IMG/VR virus record: IMGVR_UViG_3300028025_000089
Strand: one strand, 5' to 3'
Length of the DNA: 64,000 nt
Origin: a virus
Taxonomy: Duplodnaviria > Caudoviricetes
This document shows, one piece after another, positions 1 through 11,362 of the stretch; position 1 is the first letter of the stretch; each line of letters opens with the position of its first letter. The notes below the pieces were generated by a model that was given only the letters and a program-made list of their open reading frames with translations, was not told the DNA's origin and made no database searches. The translations under genes were made by a program, and so were the position numbers.

Positions 1-1
1 C

Positions 2-637
2 ACAGCACAAATGCCCGTGGCATCTTCAGCCAAAATCACAGGTTCATTTGAAATGACAGAACCAGCTCACTCAGCGTTATTTAACCGACGAGTAGTTGGG
101 GGTGAAATTTTAATTGTGAATAAATACTTAATTAACGACTTTGAAAAAATTGGAATATGGTCAGAAGACTTGAAGAATGAAATCATCTTCAACGAAGGGT
201 CAATTCAAAATATCAATTTTAATAATTATTTAGATCCTGAAGATAAAAACTATAATAAGAAAGTTAAACGAATTGAGCATTTAATTCCTAAGTATAAAAC
301 GATTTGGGAAATCTCACAAAGAGAATTAATTGATATGGCATCCGAAAGAGCACCATTTATTGATCAATCACAGTCGATGAATATCTATATGGCAAATCCA
401 ACTTTATCAAAAATTACCTCATCACATTTTCACTCTTGGGAAAAAGGTTTGAAGACACTTTGTTATTATGTTAGAACTAAGGCAATATCGACAGGAGCAA
501 AACACTTGGCAATGGATATATCAAAAAAAGAAAAACCAAGAGTAACTCCTGAACCACCGAAAGTTGACTATTCTCACTTAAACTTACCACCAAAACCAAA
601 CAATTCTGATTTTGAATGTTTTGGGTGTTCTTCATAG
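2..637 (+). CDS. nrdA: Ribonucleoside-diphosphate reductase alpha subunit, C-terminal part (5' truncated by the window)
   Basis: Frame is open from base 2. Motifs AQMPVASSAKITG..EP, APFIDQSQSMN, GLKTLCYYVRT and a terminal CxxC (CFGCSS) are typical of class I RNR alpha. Confidence 0.95.
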   Translation, partial: TAQMPVASSAKITGSFEMTEPAHSALFNRRVVGGEILIVNKYLINDFEKIGIWSEDLKNEIIFNEGSIQNINFNNYLDPEDKNYNKKVKRIEHLIPKYKTIWEISQRELIDMASERAPFIDQSQSMNIYMANPTLSKITSSHFHSWEKGLKTLCYYVRTKAISTGAKHLAMDISKKEKPRVTPEPPKVDYSHLNLPPKPNNSDFECFGCSS

Positions 638-662
638 GACAAAAACAAATACCCAATGTGTT

Positions 663-688
663 ATCCCGAGCTAGGTCGGGATTTTTTA
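663..688 (+). terminator. Intrinsic terminator after nrdA
   Basis: ATCCCGA-6 nt-TCGGGAT stem followed by a T run. Confidence 0.8.
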
Positions 689-738
689 TTTATAGTATTT
701 TTTACTTAAAAAAAACCTAACTTATATTTATATGTGAT

Positions 739-1197
739 ATGGCAAATGGTATAACTTATGGTATTTCTTTTCCTTTTGTAGATTCTTTTACGGGAAGATA
801 TTTAGATGTGACCAATTCAACTGAAGGTGAAATAAGGTCAAGCTTAGTTCATTTAATTTTAACAAGAAAAGGATCAAGATATTTTCTACCTGATTTTGGA
901 ACAAGACTTTATGAATTTATTTTTGAACCATTAGACGGACCAACTTTTTCTGATATAGAGGCAGAGATCAAAAGTAGTGTTGGAACATACATGCCAAATT
1001 TACAAATCACTAACATATCTGTTGAACCAGGTTCTGCTGGTTTAGAAGACAAAGGTTATACGGTAAATAAAAATGGAGAAAGAGAGTTTCGTGTTACAAA
1101 CATCGGAACATTAGAACATACGGCAAAAATCAAAATAGATTATAGAATAACAGATTCGGCTTTTGAATCGAGTGATTTTATTATTATCAATATTTAA
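739..1197 (+). CDS. Baseplate wedge protein, gp25/GPW-like
   Basis: IRSSLVHLILTRKGSRYFLPDFGTRLYEFIFEP matches the gp25 family pattern; it is the first gene of the baseplate block. Confidence 0.9.
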   Translation: MANGITYGISFPFVDSFTGRYLDVTNSTEGEIRSSLVHLILTRKGSRYFLPDFGTRLYEFIFEPLDGPTFSDIEAEIKSSVGTYMPNLQITNISVEPGSAGLEDKGYTVNKNGEREFRVTNIGTLEHTAKIKIDYRITDSAFESSDFIIINI

Positions 1198-1203
1198 TAT
1201 TAT

Positions 1204-3045
1204 ATGGCAGAAAAAAAGATTTCATATACAGTAAGGGACTTTCAAGGAGTTAGAACCGAGTTAATTAATTTTACAAGAACTTATTATCCTGATTTAGTTC
1301 AAAACTTTAACGATGCCGGTATTTTCTCGGTAATGTTAGATATGAATGCTGCGGTAACAGATAATTTAAATTATCAAATTGATAGGAGTATTCAAGAAAC
1401 CGTATTACAATTTGCACAACAAAAAAATTCAGTATATAATATTGCTAGAACTTATGGTCTTAAAGTTCCGGGACAAAGACCATCGGTTGCGTTGATTGAC
1501 TTTTCAATCACGGTTCCTGCTTTTGGTGATAGAGAAGATTTAAGATATTGTGGTATTCTACGAAGAGGATCACAAGTTAATGGTGGTGGACAACCATTTG
1601 AAACCGTTTATGATATTGATTTCGCATCACCAATAAATGCCGAAGGATCTCCAAACAGAGTTAAAATACCTAACTTCGATTCAAGTGGTAAATTATTGAA
1701 TTATACAATCATTAAAAGAGAAGTTGTTGTTAATGGTATAACAAAAGTATATAAAAGAGTTATTACACCAAATGATTCTAAACCATATTTAGAATTATTT
1801 TTACCTGAAAAAAATGTTTTAGGAATTACAAGTGTATTATTAAAACCGGGAACACAATACTCCACAATACCTAATCCACAAGACTTTTTAATATTAGGTC
1901 AAGAAAGATGGTTTGAGGTTGACGCATTGGTTCAAGATAGAGTATTTGTTGAAGACCCAACTAAAACATCTGATCAACCTGGAATTAAGGTTGGAGCATA
2001 CATCACAACAACAAACAAGTTTATTTCTGAATATACACCTGAAGGTTTCTGTAAAATGACTTTTGGTGGTGGAAATATATCCGCTGATGAACAATTAAGA
2101 CAATTTGCGATTGATGGAAAAGGTTTTGATTTAAGTAGATATACTAACAATTACGCGATGGGAGCGGCTCTTCCACCAAATACAACATTATTCGTTCAGT
2201 ATAGAATTGGTGGTGGATTATCAAGTAATTTGGGTATTAACACAATTAACCAAGTTGGAACTGTGTCATTTGCCGTTAATGGACCATCTGATAGTGTAAA
2301 CCGAAGTGTAATCAATAGTTTACAATGTAATAACGTAACTGCGGCAATTGGAGGGGCAAACCCACCAACAACCGAAGATGTTAGAAACATGGTTTCATTT
2401 AACTTTGCCGCACAAAAAAGAGCGGTAACCGTAAATGACTATGATTCTATTATTAGAACAATGCCATCTCAGTTCGGAGCACCTGCTAAAGTTGCAATTA
2501 CAGAAGAAAATAATAAAATTAGAATTAAAATGTTGTCTTATGATACGACAGGAACATTAACAAATGTTGTGTCTAATACTTTAAAACAAAATGTTGCAAA
2601 TTATCTATCTAACTATAGAATGATAAATGATTACATATCAATTGAATCTGCAGATATCATTGACTTGGCGGTTACGGTAGATGTTGTATTAGATAATAGT
2701 CAAAATCAAGGAGCAATAATTTCTAAAACAATTCAAATAGTTGGAGACTTCTTTAATCCTTTAGTTAGACAATTAGGGCAAAATGTTAATATCTCTGAGC
2801 TTAGAAGATTAATACAAGCTGAAAATGGTATTGTTAGTATATCTGACATTTCATTCTTCAATCAAGTCGGAGGTCAATATTCATCAGCACAAACATCAAT
2901 GCCATATTCAGATCCTGCAACAAGACAAATCCAACCAACGGCAGATACTTTGTTCGCAACACCAACACAAATATACCAAGTAAGGTATCCAAACAAAGAT
3001 ATTAATATTAGAGTTTTGAACTTAAAATCAGTCAATTTCTCTTAG
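1204..3045 (+). CDS. Baseplate wedge subunit, T4 gp6 / baseplate J-like
   Basis: N-terminal DFQGVRTELINF..YYPD, RAVTVNDY motif in the C-terminal half, and position directly after the gp25-like gene. Confidence 0.85.
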   Translation: MAEKKISYTVRDFQGVRTELINFTRTYYPDLVQNFNDAGIFSVMLDMNAAVTDNLNYQIDRSIQETVLQFAQQKNSVYNIARTYGLKVPGQRPSVALIDFSITVPAFGDREDLRYCGILRRGSQVNGGGQPFETVYDIDFASPINAEGSPNRVKIPNFDSSGKLLNYTIIKREVVVNGITKVYKRVITPNDSKPYLELFLPEKNVLGITSVLLKPGTQYSTIPNPQDFLILGQERWFEVDALVQDRVFVEDPTKTSDQPGIKVGAYITTTNKFISEYTPEGFCKMTFGGGNISADEQLRQFAIDGKGFDLSRYTNNYAMGAALPPNTTLFVQYRIGGGLSSNLGINTINQVGTVSFAVNGPSDSVNRSVINSLQCNNVTAAIGGANPPTTEDVRNMVSFNFAAQKRAVTVNDYDSIIRTMPSQFGAPAKVAITEENNKIRIKMLSYDTTGTLTNVVSNTLKQNVANYLSNYRMINDYISIESADIIDLAVTVDVVLDNSQNQGAIISKTIQIVGDFFNPLVRQLGQNVNISELRRLIQAENGIVSISDISFFNQVGGQYSSAQTSMPYSDPATRQIQPTADTLFATPTQIYQVRYPNKDINIRVLNLKSVNFS

Positions 3046-3121
3046 AGATTTATTTTTTTCAAAATAGAATTATTTTTATCAAAATAGGAAATAAACTATT
3101 TATGAAAAAACTGATTTTTTA

Positions 3122-6100
3122 ATGCCAAAATCGTATAGAATAAGAACCGAAGTCGGTCAAGACAAATATATAAATGTAAATTTAGAACAAGATTGGGAAT
3201 CTTTAGAGATACTATCTTTAAAGATATTAGCCAACGATCTTTATACTAGATTTTGTGCTGACTACGGTGTTGTAGTCGGTCGAGTTTTTGTAAACAATGG
3301 ATTTGGTCTTCCAAATGCCAAAGTTTCCGTCTTCATACCATTGGAAGAGGCGGATGAATTAAACCCTGTAATTTCTGAACTATATCCGTATAAGAGTATA
3401 ACGGACACTAATGAGGAAGGGTATAGATATAACTTATTACCTAAATTACCATCTTATAACGGACATACATCGACAGGTTCATTTCCGAACAAGGCAGATG
3501 TTCTAATGGATAATTCTTATATTGAGGTATATGATAAGTATTATCGTTTCACTGTAACAACAAATGAAAGTGGTGACTTTATGATCTTTGGTGTTCCTGT
3601 TGGAACTCAAACAATCGTAATGGATGTTGACTTATCTGATATTGGTTGTTTTTCTTTGGCACCACAAGATTTAATACAACAAGGTTTAGCAACTGAAACT
3701 CAAGTTAATGGGGCAAGATTTAAATCATCTACAAACCTTAGAGAATTACCACAAATTAAAAATTTGGTATTTGATGTTGATGTTCGTCCTTTTTGGGGTG
3801 ACGCTGAGTTATGTCAAGTTGGTATTACAAGAGTTGATTTTGATTTAACTAAACAAGCAAATATCAATATACAACCAACCGCCATATTCATGGGATCAAT
3901 CATATCAACAACAGATGATGATGCGTTGAAAGTAAAATGTAAACCAAAAAATAACACAGGAAATCTTTGTGAATTAGTTGCAGGACCTGGTGAAATACAA
4001 GCAATTAGACAAACAATATATTCTGACGATAACGGACTTCCTATTTTAGAGAGATACCAAATAGAACAAGAAGGAAAGGTTATTGATGGAGATGGGACAT
4101 ACTTATTAAATGTCCCAATGAATTTGGATTATGTATTCACTAATGAATTTGGTCAACAAGTCATATCAAATGATCCGACAAAGGGTATACCCACAAAAGG
4201 AAAATACAGATTCAAGTTTAAATGGCAAAACGAACAAGGGCTTCAAGGGAGTTTTCTTAGAGCGGACTTTTTAGTTCCAAATGTTAAAGAATATGGGTGG
4301 GTTAATTCAAATACAGATCCTTTTGATCCTAATAACGCAGGAACATATAACTACACATTGGCTGCGGGACAGATTTCAGGATTTACGGCCGTTATTCCAC
4401 AGAATGTTGGTTTCGCGAGCCCACAAACAACAAACGTAGAATCATATCAAATATTAATTAACGGTCAAGTTTATTTAGGAAGTATTGAATCAATACAACT
4501 TAATGCGGGAGATCAGTTTCAGATTATCGCAACACCAGTTAATCCATCATCACCTCAATCAATTTCATTCACATCATACCCTCAAGATTTATTTGATGTG
4601 TATAAATCATATGCGTTTAGCACCGATTGGGATGATTATGCTAATACTCAAGATGCCATAGATTGTGAAGATACTTTTTATGAATTCAAATACAATAAAG
4701 TTTATACAACCGCAATGTTTTTGGATCGATATAAAAATGGAATCGGTAGGGCAAAACATTTGGGTATTAAAGAAATTGATAATAGAAGTTGTAAATCAAC
4801 AGTTAATACTTTTCCTGTAAACGATATTATTAGAAATTTCGATTTTATATTTTTTGTTTTTAATATTTTAATAAACATTTTAACTTTTCCGATATTAACT
4901 CTTTTATTTGTTGCACATTTAATCGCACTTCTATGGCCTGTTCTTAAATATCTTTTATTATTTTTAGGACCACTTATTGTATATTTTGGTGTTTCTGCTG
5001 GTATTGATTTAGGATATTATATATTAAGTTTAACTAACGTAACGGCAGTTGGTCCTGTAATATCACCAGCAACTGTTTTACAGATTATTGCTCAAGGAGC
5101 TAAAGTCTTATTTTTAACCGCGGCAGGATTGGCCTTCACATACTTTTATACAAAGTTTTTTATTAATAATACCGCAAATGGTAGAATAGATAACTTCCCA
5201 AGAATAGGTTTACCTATGATTGCATACCCTGACTGTACTAGTTGTGATTGTGAGTGTGGAAATGCAAGTTTAGATGATGATTTTGATGCTAATACGATAC
5301 AACAAGATATACAAGAGGCTCAGAATGGTTTGAGTGGTGGTGGCACAGGTAGTTATGATTTAGAAACAACGCAACCAAGTTCATTAATCGCACCATTAAA
5401 CACACCACAATCGTATAGTGTGTCACACCCCAACTTAGAATTAAATTCAAATGGAGATGAACCGTTTGATTGTGGATTTGGGTTTGGCGGTAAGTTTGAG
5501 TCATTTACAACATTAATTGGAAACGACGATGTTTCTAGTGACGTTGTTGTAAGGGCTGTTTTAGATTTCCAAAGAATGTTTTCAGGTTATGATGTATTAA
5601 GTTCAACAGACCCAAACAAATATATACAAAACGAAGCGTATTTGTTAAAAGCACCACAACCGTTTTTATTTTCCGCTAAGAAAAATGGGAACAATCCTGC
5701 CGATAGTAGATTTTTTGCATTCCCAACTTCAGTAACCTTGGCTCAAAAATTAAATGAGTTCAATACGAGAGATAAATATTTTTATAAAAATACATCTAAT
5801 ACTCCGAACACGGGTATTAATAAAATTAAAACTTGGGTTAACCCCACTATCAATAATTTATCAACGGCGTATTTAGATCAAGTTGTTGTTGTTTTAATGA
5901 ATCCAGGAACTACGGCAACATTGGGGGTTGGTAATTTAATTACTTTTCAAGATCCCACTTTTACAGGAACCTCATCAACTAATAGATTGGTAAACTTAAC
6001 AGGGGCAACAACAAACCAATTTAGTAATAATGCGATTACAGGAACAACAATAACAGGAACTACATCTGTTACTGTGACATATGCCAATCCATCCAACCCA

Positions 6101-8764
6101 AGTGGGGGAATACCAACAACCTTTGATATAATTTCACCGCAAGTAAGTCAAATTGCTGACCCAACAAACCCATCAGTCGAACAATCATATTTGCAATATG
6201 CAACCGACATAGAATATTTCCAACTTATAACTGGTATGACATATTCTGATTTTAACTCAATGGATGTTAATACGAGTGGTTATTTCCCTGAAACATTTTT
6301 ACGACACAACATAGATTATATTAGACCTAATTGTAATTTAAATGGGTTTATACAAGAAACTTATAGTGATGTGATAACATTCATGAGTGATTACCAAAAT
6401 TATGAAGTTTGTATTTTTGTTAGAGGTGTTGATCCGTTTACCGCTAAACAAACTATAAAATATGACTTATCACATATTTTTGGATATACAACACTAAACC
6501 AACAAGTAACAGTAGAAGGTGAATATTATTTGAATATCCCAATCCAACCTAATCAAATTAAACCACAGTCACATAACACCGTAAACAATAGTAATGCGAT
6601 TTTATATCACCCGTCTTATACATTTACGATTGACCCATCAAATTACACTGGATTTACATCTGAATTACCATATTATTACTTAAGCACCGATGATACATTG
6701 TCGTCACTATATACTCCCGTTCCATCTTTGTGGAGTAGTAATGCGAATAGCACTATAAGTTTAAACCAAACACTTATTAATGGGTCTAATATGCCGTTAT
6801 TACCACCATTTTCTTTCTATACTGTTGGTGGAACATATTTTAGATGGAATAGTGGAACAAACTATACCTTACCAACTAATATTCCACCAACACAGTTGTT
6901 TACTCAAGGAAATAGTTCAGGTTGTAATCAAGATTGTCAAAAACAACAATACTATAATCACCCATCTGCTGGAGGTAGTGGTAATGGACCTTATTTTACA
7001 TCTCAAGCGGCTTTAACGGCAACATACTCACCAGCGTACTATAGATATTCTTTATCTGGGGTTAACTTCTCGAACTCAAATAATATTGTAATGAGAAGTG
7101 ATAGACTACCAACATCAACAGGGACTCAAAATGGTGCCGGACCACAAACAGGTTTTGGTCTTCATCAAAACGATAACTTTACAATTTATGCTCCTGGCGG
7201 TAATAATGCCCCACCACAGATTTTTGCTGGAGGTGATTTGGCAAATGGTGAGTCTTTTGATTTAGATCCAAATACAGACGCATTAACAAGCACTTTAACT
7301 TGTGAGGGTATGGTTCCGTTGGCATGTTATTCTGGTTCAGGACAAAACGTTGGTGTATTACCATCAAGTTTATGTTCAGTTCCAGCAAACAGAATGATTA
7401 ATGGTTGTTATTGTTTACTTAACAAAAAATATGTTAAAGAGTATGGCGATGACGTTAGATTATTTTTAGAATGGAAAGTTCGTTTTACAATGAACTTTGC
7501 TGCGTGTAGAGGGGTATTTGCTCAAGTGTTTCAAAACAATTGGGTTAATGGTGTTTTATATATGTTTAATTTTAATAAACAAACCACTTTCAATATTCAG
7601 GCACAACCAAATTATGATTATTGTCAAGATGTAATTTTATATAATGACATATCAAATACTTTCTATTATAGATCTTCGCCATGGAATGAAAACACACAAC
7701 AATTCGTTGGTAAAAATTCACCTGCCGCTAATCCAAATTTACCTCAAAGTTTTTTAGATTTTCCTGGACTTGGATATAATCAAAAACAAATTCAGTTCCC
7801 AACAACCGTTGTGGATTTAGGACCAAGAGATTATTTTATTAATGAAATCTGTTGTTCGGGTATTGATGGTTTTGGTTCATATTATGCCGATCAATTAAAA
7901 TCTACATCATACCAAGATAATTCAGACATAATCCAATTAGGATTTTTATCTCGAATACTAAATGAAGGTGTAAGACAAAGAATTTTACCAATATCAAATG
8001 GTGGTAATAATAGTGAAGGAAAAGGGATCATTCAATTTTTTAATAGCACACGAGGTGGTTATAGAATTGATGGAGACTGGTCACAAATGTTATCAATCAA
8101 TTCAGAGTGGAAAGTTTCACCTTTCATAACTGAAAACATACCAGCACCTAACTACATCTATTTTGGTGATAACAATAATGGAACAAACCAATACTCAGGT
8201 AATGATATAAAACCAATAATGGGATTATTTTTCTCTTCAAATACTAATGAAGAAAGATATAGAAAAATAATGTCACCGGGAATTGAAACATATAGTTTTA
8301 ATCCTCTTATTGAAGAAAAATTTGGATATTCTAAATCTCAAGAAGTTCCAAATTATAGATGGACAATATCTTTACCACAAAATTCTGCTGGAACACCTAA
8401 CATATTTGGATCTGAGGATAATAATTGGTATACAGATACTTTAATTTTAACAGGACAAACAGGGTTTGGATTTACAAAAAAAAGATATCAAGACTTAGAT
8501 TTTACATCACCACAAGAAAAATACATAACACCAACAACTAAATTTGGTTTTATATCAAACTTTTTAAATAACAACCCTAACCCAAGTTCTGCGGGGGTTA
8601 TTCAAGGACAACCTGTTCCTGTTTCATCACAAGGAATCCCAACTAATCAAGATGCGCTTCAATCGGTTGTTGTTGGGGCTCCATACCACTTCTACTTTGG
8701 TTTAAATAATGGAAAAACGGCAATCAATCGTTTTTATAAACTTTACGTAGCAACAGGAGAATAA
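3122..8764 (+). CDS. Very large virion (baseplate/tail-tip) protein, 1880 aa, with a central hydrophobic segment
   Basis: Long ORF in the structural block with a late motif upstream; beta-rich N-terminus (TVTTNESGDFMIFGVPVGTQTI); ~110 aa hydrophobic stretch. Confidence 0.7.
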   Translation: MPKSYRIRTEVGQDKYINVNLEQDWESLEILSLKILANDLYTRFCADYGVVVGRVFVNNGFGLPNAKVSVFIPLEEADELNPVISELYPYKSITDTNEEGYRYNLLPKLPSYNGHTSTGSFPNKADVLMDNSYIEVYDKYYRFTVTTNESGDFMIFGVPVGTQTIVMDVDLSDIGCFSLAPQDLIQQGLATETQVNGARFKSSTNLRELPQIKNLVFDVDVRPFWGDAELCQVGITRVDFDLTKQANINIQPTAIFMGSIISTTDDDALKVKCKPKNNTGNLCELVAGPGEIQAIRQTIYSDDNGLPILERYQIEQEGKVIDGDGTYLLNVPMNLDYVFTNEFGQQVISNDPTKGIPTKGKYRFKFKWQNEQGLQGSFLRADFLVPNVKEYGWVNSNTDPFDPNNAGTYNYTLAAGQISGFTAVIPQNVGFASPQTTNVESYQILINGQVYLGSIESIQLNAGDQFQIIATPVNPSSPQSISFTSYPQDLFDVYKSYAFSTDWDDYANTQDAIDCEDTFYEFKYNKVYTTAMFLDRYKNGIGRAKHLGIKEIDNRSCKSTVNTFPVNDIIRNFDFIFFVFNILINILTFPILTLLFVAHLIALLWPVLKYLLLFLGPLIVYFGVSAGIDLGYYILSLTNVTAVGPVISPATVLQIIAQGAKVLFLTAAGLAFTYFYTKFFINNTANGRIDNFPRIGLPMIAYPDCTSCDCECGNASLDDDFDANTIQQDIQEAQNGLSGGGTGSYDLETTQPSSLIAPLNTPQSYSVSHPNLELNSNGDEPFDCGFGFGGKFESFTTLIGNDDVSSDVVVRAVLDFQRMFSGYDVLSSTDPNKYIQNEAYLLKAPQPFLFSAKKNGNNPADSRFFAFPTSVTLAQKLNEFNTRDKYFYKNTSNTPNTGINKIKTWVNPTINNLSTAYLDQVVVVLMNPGTTATLGVGNLITFQDPTFTGTSSTNRLVNLTGATTNQFSNNAITGTTITGTTSVTVTYANPSNPSGGIPTTFDIISPQVSQIADPTNPSVEQSYLQYATDIEYFQLITGMTYSDFNSMDVNTSGYFPETFLRHNIDYIRPNCNLNGFIQETYSDVITFMSDYQNYEVCIFVRGVDPFTAKQTIKYDLSHIFGYTTLNQQVTVEGEYYLNIPIQPNQIKPQSHNTVNNSNAILYHPSYTFTIDPSNYTGFTSELPYYYLSTDDTLSSLYTPVPSLWSSNANSTISLNQTLINGSNMPLLPPFSFYTVGGTYFRWNSGTNYTLPTNIPPTQLFTQGNSSGCNQDCQKQQYYNHPSAGGSGNGPYFTSQAALTATYSPAYYRYSLSGVNFSNSNNIVMRSDRLPTSTGTQNGAGPQTGFGLHQNDNFTIYAPGGNNAPPQIFAGGDLANGESFDLDPNTDALTSTLTCEGMVPLACYSGSGQNVGVLPSSLCSVPANRMINGCYCLLNKKYVKEYGDDVRLFLEWKVRFTMNFAACRGVFAQVFQNNWVNGVLYMFNFNKQTTFNIQAQPNYDYCQDVILYNDISNTFYYRSSPWNENTQQFVGKNSPAANPNLPQSFLDFPGLGYNQKQIQFPTTVVDLGPRDYFINEICCSGIDGFGSYYADQLKSTSYQDNSDIIQLGFLSRILNEGVRQRILPISNGGNNSEGKGIIQFFNSTRGGYRIDGDWSQMLSINSEWKVSPFITENIPAPNYIYFGDNNNGTNQYSGNDIKPIMGLFFSSNTNEERYRKIMSPGIETYSFNPLIEEKFGYSKSQEVPNYRWTISLPQNSAGTPNIFGSEDNNWYTDTLILTGQTGFGFTKKRYQDLDFTSPQEKYITPTTKFGFISNFLNNNPNPSSAGVIQGQPVPVSSQGIPTNQDALQSVVVGAPYHFYFGLNNGKTAINRFYKLYVATGE

Positions 8765-10563
8765 TGACAGTAGATCCAACAACAAATATTATATTATCGA
8801 CTGAAAGATTTAAAGGAGCACCAAGAACCGATCAGTTTATTAATGTTCCTTTTGCGCAGAGTAATAAAGAAATCATTGAGTTTGATAGAAGTGTTGATTT
8901 AAACTTGGCCACGGTATTTGATGAGGAAAGACAATTATCAACCACTTTTAGACCCGTAACAAAGTTTACCATTTTATTTGAAAATGCTTATACCGGATCA
9001 ACTAACTACACACCATTCAGAGACAATTTATATTATACAAACGCAGTAAACAACGCAGTTGCATATTACTATCAAGGAATTCCTTCCGTTCCACCTAACG
9101 CTACGGATCAAACAGTTTTATGGGATGGTTTTCCACAATATCCTGAATTTGACTTTATTAGAACCGACTATGATGTTTCAGGATATACTTTTGGAAATGG
9201 AAGACATTTGGATTTTTATAAAGTTAGTGCGTCCACATATAACTGGTCACATTATATAAGTTATGCTTACACCAACGATTACAATAAACAACTTTATGCT
9301 ATTGAACCACAAACAACTCTTTCTTGGAGTTGGATTGCTTCAGATGGTATACCTTTTTATATAAAGACAGGAACTGATAACTTGGTTAGAGATATTCAGT
9401 TTAAATGTCCTGTCCCACACGGATTATCAGTGGGAGAATTTGTGCAATTATCTATAAACTATAACGGTAATTCATTTTTCCAAGTCACAAGTTTGGGGGA
9501 TCCTGCATCAGGATCTGACATTTATATCTTCAACCTTAGAAACGTTGGATATACAGGAACAACTTTTTTCACGAACACTCAAGGAACTTTTAAACGAATA
9601 ATAAATTTAGCCAATTCGGCTGACACCATATCAAAATATTATATTAGAAAACATAAAATAATCACAAATTATGATTGTGCTGTTTTAACAAATGCGGGGT
9701 TTGAGCAAAATGTTTATTTTGACAAAAAGAAATGTGAAGTAAAAGTATTAACTCCAAATCAAACACAAAGAACATCGGTTAAAGAAGGATCTAGATCTTA
9801 TAATTTATCATTCAACTGTGACGTTGATATAAACGGATTAAAAGATAATCAGAATAGACCTGTGTCTAATTTATATTTTACGACAATTTGGAGAGGTTAT
9901 TTTGGGTGGACTCAAAGACTAAAACAAGGGTGGTATTTTAACACATATTTAGATAACTTCCAACCACAAACTTGGTGGGATCAAAATAACCCCGATTCAA
10001 ATACCCCGATCAATCAAAATCAATATACATCGTTAGTGGGTCAAGGTCCATTCTTTTATAATGACTTTTTAACCACAGGAGATACTATTGATGGAGATTT
10101 TTGTGAATGGAATGATTTTGAACAATTTGAAAGAGTTATTTCAGAATACCAACATAAAATAACTTATAATGCAAATTGGTTTTCATTATCAGAACCACCA
10201 CAAAGTGTTACTAATCAATTTGGATATTTTTATTCACCACATTCACAAATACAAATTAGGGCTTTTTCTGATTATATTGAAGAAGGAAGTTCTCAAAATG
10301 TGGTTGGTATTCCAGATTACGCTTATTACTCAACAACAAATGCGTTGTTTAGATGGAGGGATCTTTATCCGTATGGATTTATTGATACCGATGGGGTTGG
10401 AGTTGATTATCCGTTTTTAAACAACTCACATTATCCATATAAAAATACAATATTTAGAATAACTCCCGAAAATTATAATATACCTAGTGACTATGCAACA
10501 ATAGGTCAAGTTCCTGCGAACATAACAACAATTGCAGATCCGATTGCCGATGAATGCGAATAG
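8764..10563 (+). CDS. Putative virion structural protein
   Basis: Translationally coupled (TAATG) to the previous gene; aromatic/Thr/Asn-rich composition like its neighbours. Confidence 0.65.
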   Translation: MTVDPTTNIILSTERFKGAPRTDQFINVPFAQSNKEIIEFDRSVDLNLATVFDEERQLSTTFRPVTKFTILFENAYTGSTNYTPFRDNLYYTNAVNNAVAYYYQGIPSVPPNATDQTVLWDGFPQYPEFDFIRTDYDVSGYTFGNGRHLDFYKVSASTYNWSHYISYAYTNDYNKQLYAIEPQTTLSWSWIASDGIPFYIKTGTDNLVRDIQFKCPVPHGLSVGEFVQLSINYNGNSFFQVTSLGDPASGSDIYIFNLRNVGYTGTTFFTNTQGTFKRIINLANSADTISKYYIRKHKIITNYDCAVLTNAGFEQNVYFDKKKCEVKVLTPNQTQRTSVKEGSRSYNLSFNCDVDINGLKDNQNRPVSNLYFTTIWRGYFGWTQRLKQGWYFNTYLDNFQPQTWWDQNNPDSNTPINQNQYTSLVGQGPFFYNDFLTTGDTIDGDFCEWNDFEQFERVISEYQHKITYNANWFSLSEPPQSVTNQFGYFYSPHSQIQIRAFSDYIEEGSSQNVVGIPDYAYYSTTNALFRWRDLYPYGFIDTDGVGVDYPFLNNSHYPYKNTIFRITPENYNIPSDYATIGQVPANITTIADPIADECE

Positions 10564-11362
10564 AATTAGAATAGTAAAAGACGACATCGATAAGTTTGTT
10601 AATATACCAATTAACATGCAATGGGACTTTATGGGTCGTGATGATAGTATTTCAGAGTATGAAGTCGACGCTTTAAAACAAGTTACGGGAGCACCCGCAG
10701 ATTTTGAAATTTCAAGATTTGCACATAATATTTTTCCTAATACAGAAAGTGCAATAAATTATGAATTTAATTTTTATGATTATTTGCAACCTATAACCGC
10801 AAATACAATTCCTTTAACCGCTTGGACTAATTCATATTTGAATAATGGATTTTCAGTTCAAGACGTTTATTACTTTTCAAAACCTTTCACAAAGTCTTTT
10901 TTTAAATTGGACTTTTATGATACGACAGAAGAAAGGACACAACAAATTTATCTTTCTGTTATTTTACCAACTCAACAAGGATTAACTCAAACGGCAATAT
11001 TAAGTAATTTAGTTCCGTTAGTTGAAATCAAAAGACCATTTATGTCATTAGATTATATTGGATCAGATAAAGAAGGATTTTTTATTTATTGGTTAAGAAA
11101 TAGAGACTTTATTGATATATCGTCATTTTATATGACGGCCAAATTCTTTGATGCAAGACAAGGAGTTTTCAAACAAATGACAAATACAAGACAAGATTTA
11201 ATAACACCAAGTAAGTTCCAATTTAATAATGCGGACTATTTTTATTATAAGGTGGATATGAATTACACAAATAAAACATATGAAGTGTTTTCAACATCAA
11301 CAACTTTACGAGTTGGAGATTTGAACTCACCGATAAAATGGTATGAATACGTTAATCCATAA
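10550..11362 (+). CDS. Putative virion structural protein
   Basis: ORF track start at 10532 is TTG; the in-frame ATG at 10550 (MNANRIRI) is more plausible. Lies in the operon. Confidence 0.65.
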   Translation: MNANRIRIVKDDIDKFVNIPINMQWDFMGRDDSISEYEVDALKQVTGAPADFEISRFAHNIFPNTESAINYEFNFYDYLQPITANTIPLTAWTNSYLNNGFSVQDVYYFSKPFTKSFFKLDFYDTTEERTQQIYLSVILPTQQGLTQTAILSNLVPLVEIKRPFMSLDYIGSDKEGFFIYWLRNRDFIDISSFYMTAKFFDARQGVFKQMTNTRQDLITPSKFQFNNADYFYYKVDMNYTNKTYEVFSTSTTLRVGDLNSPIKWYEYVNP

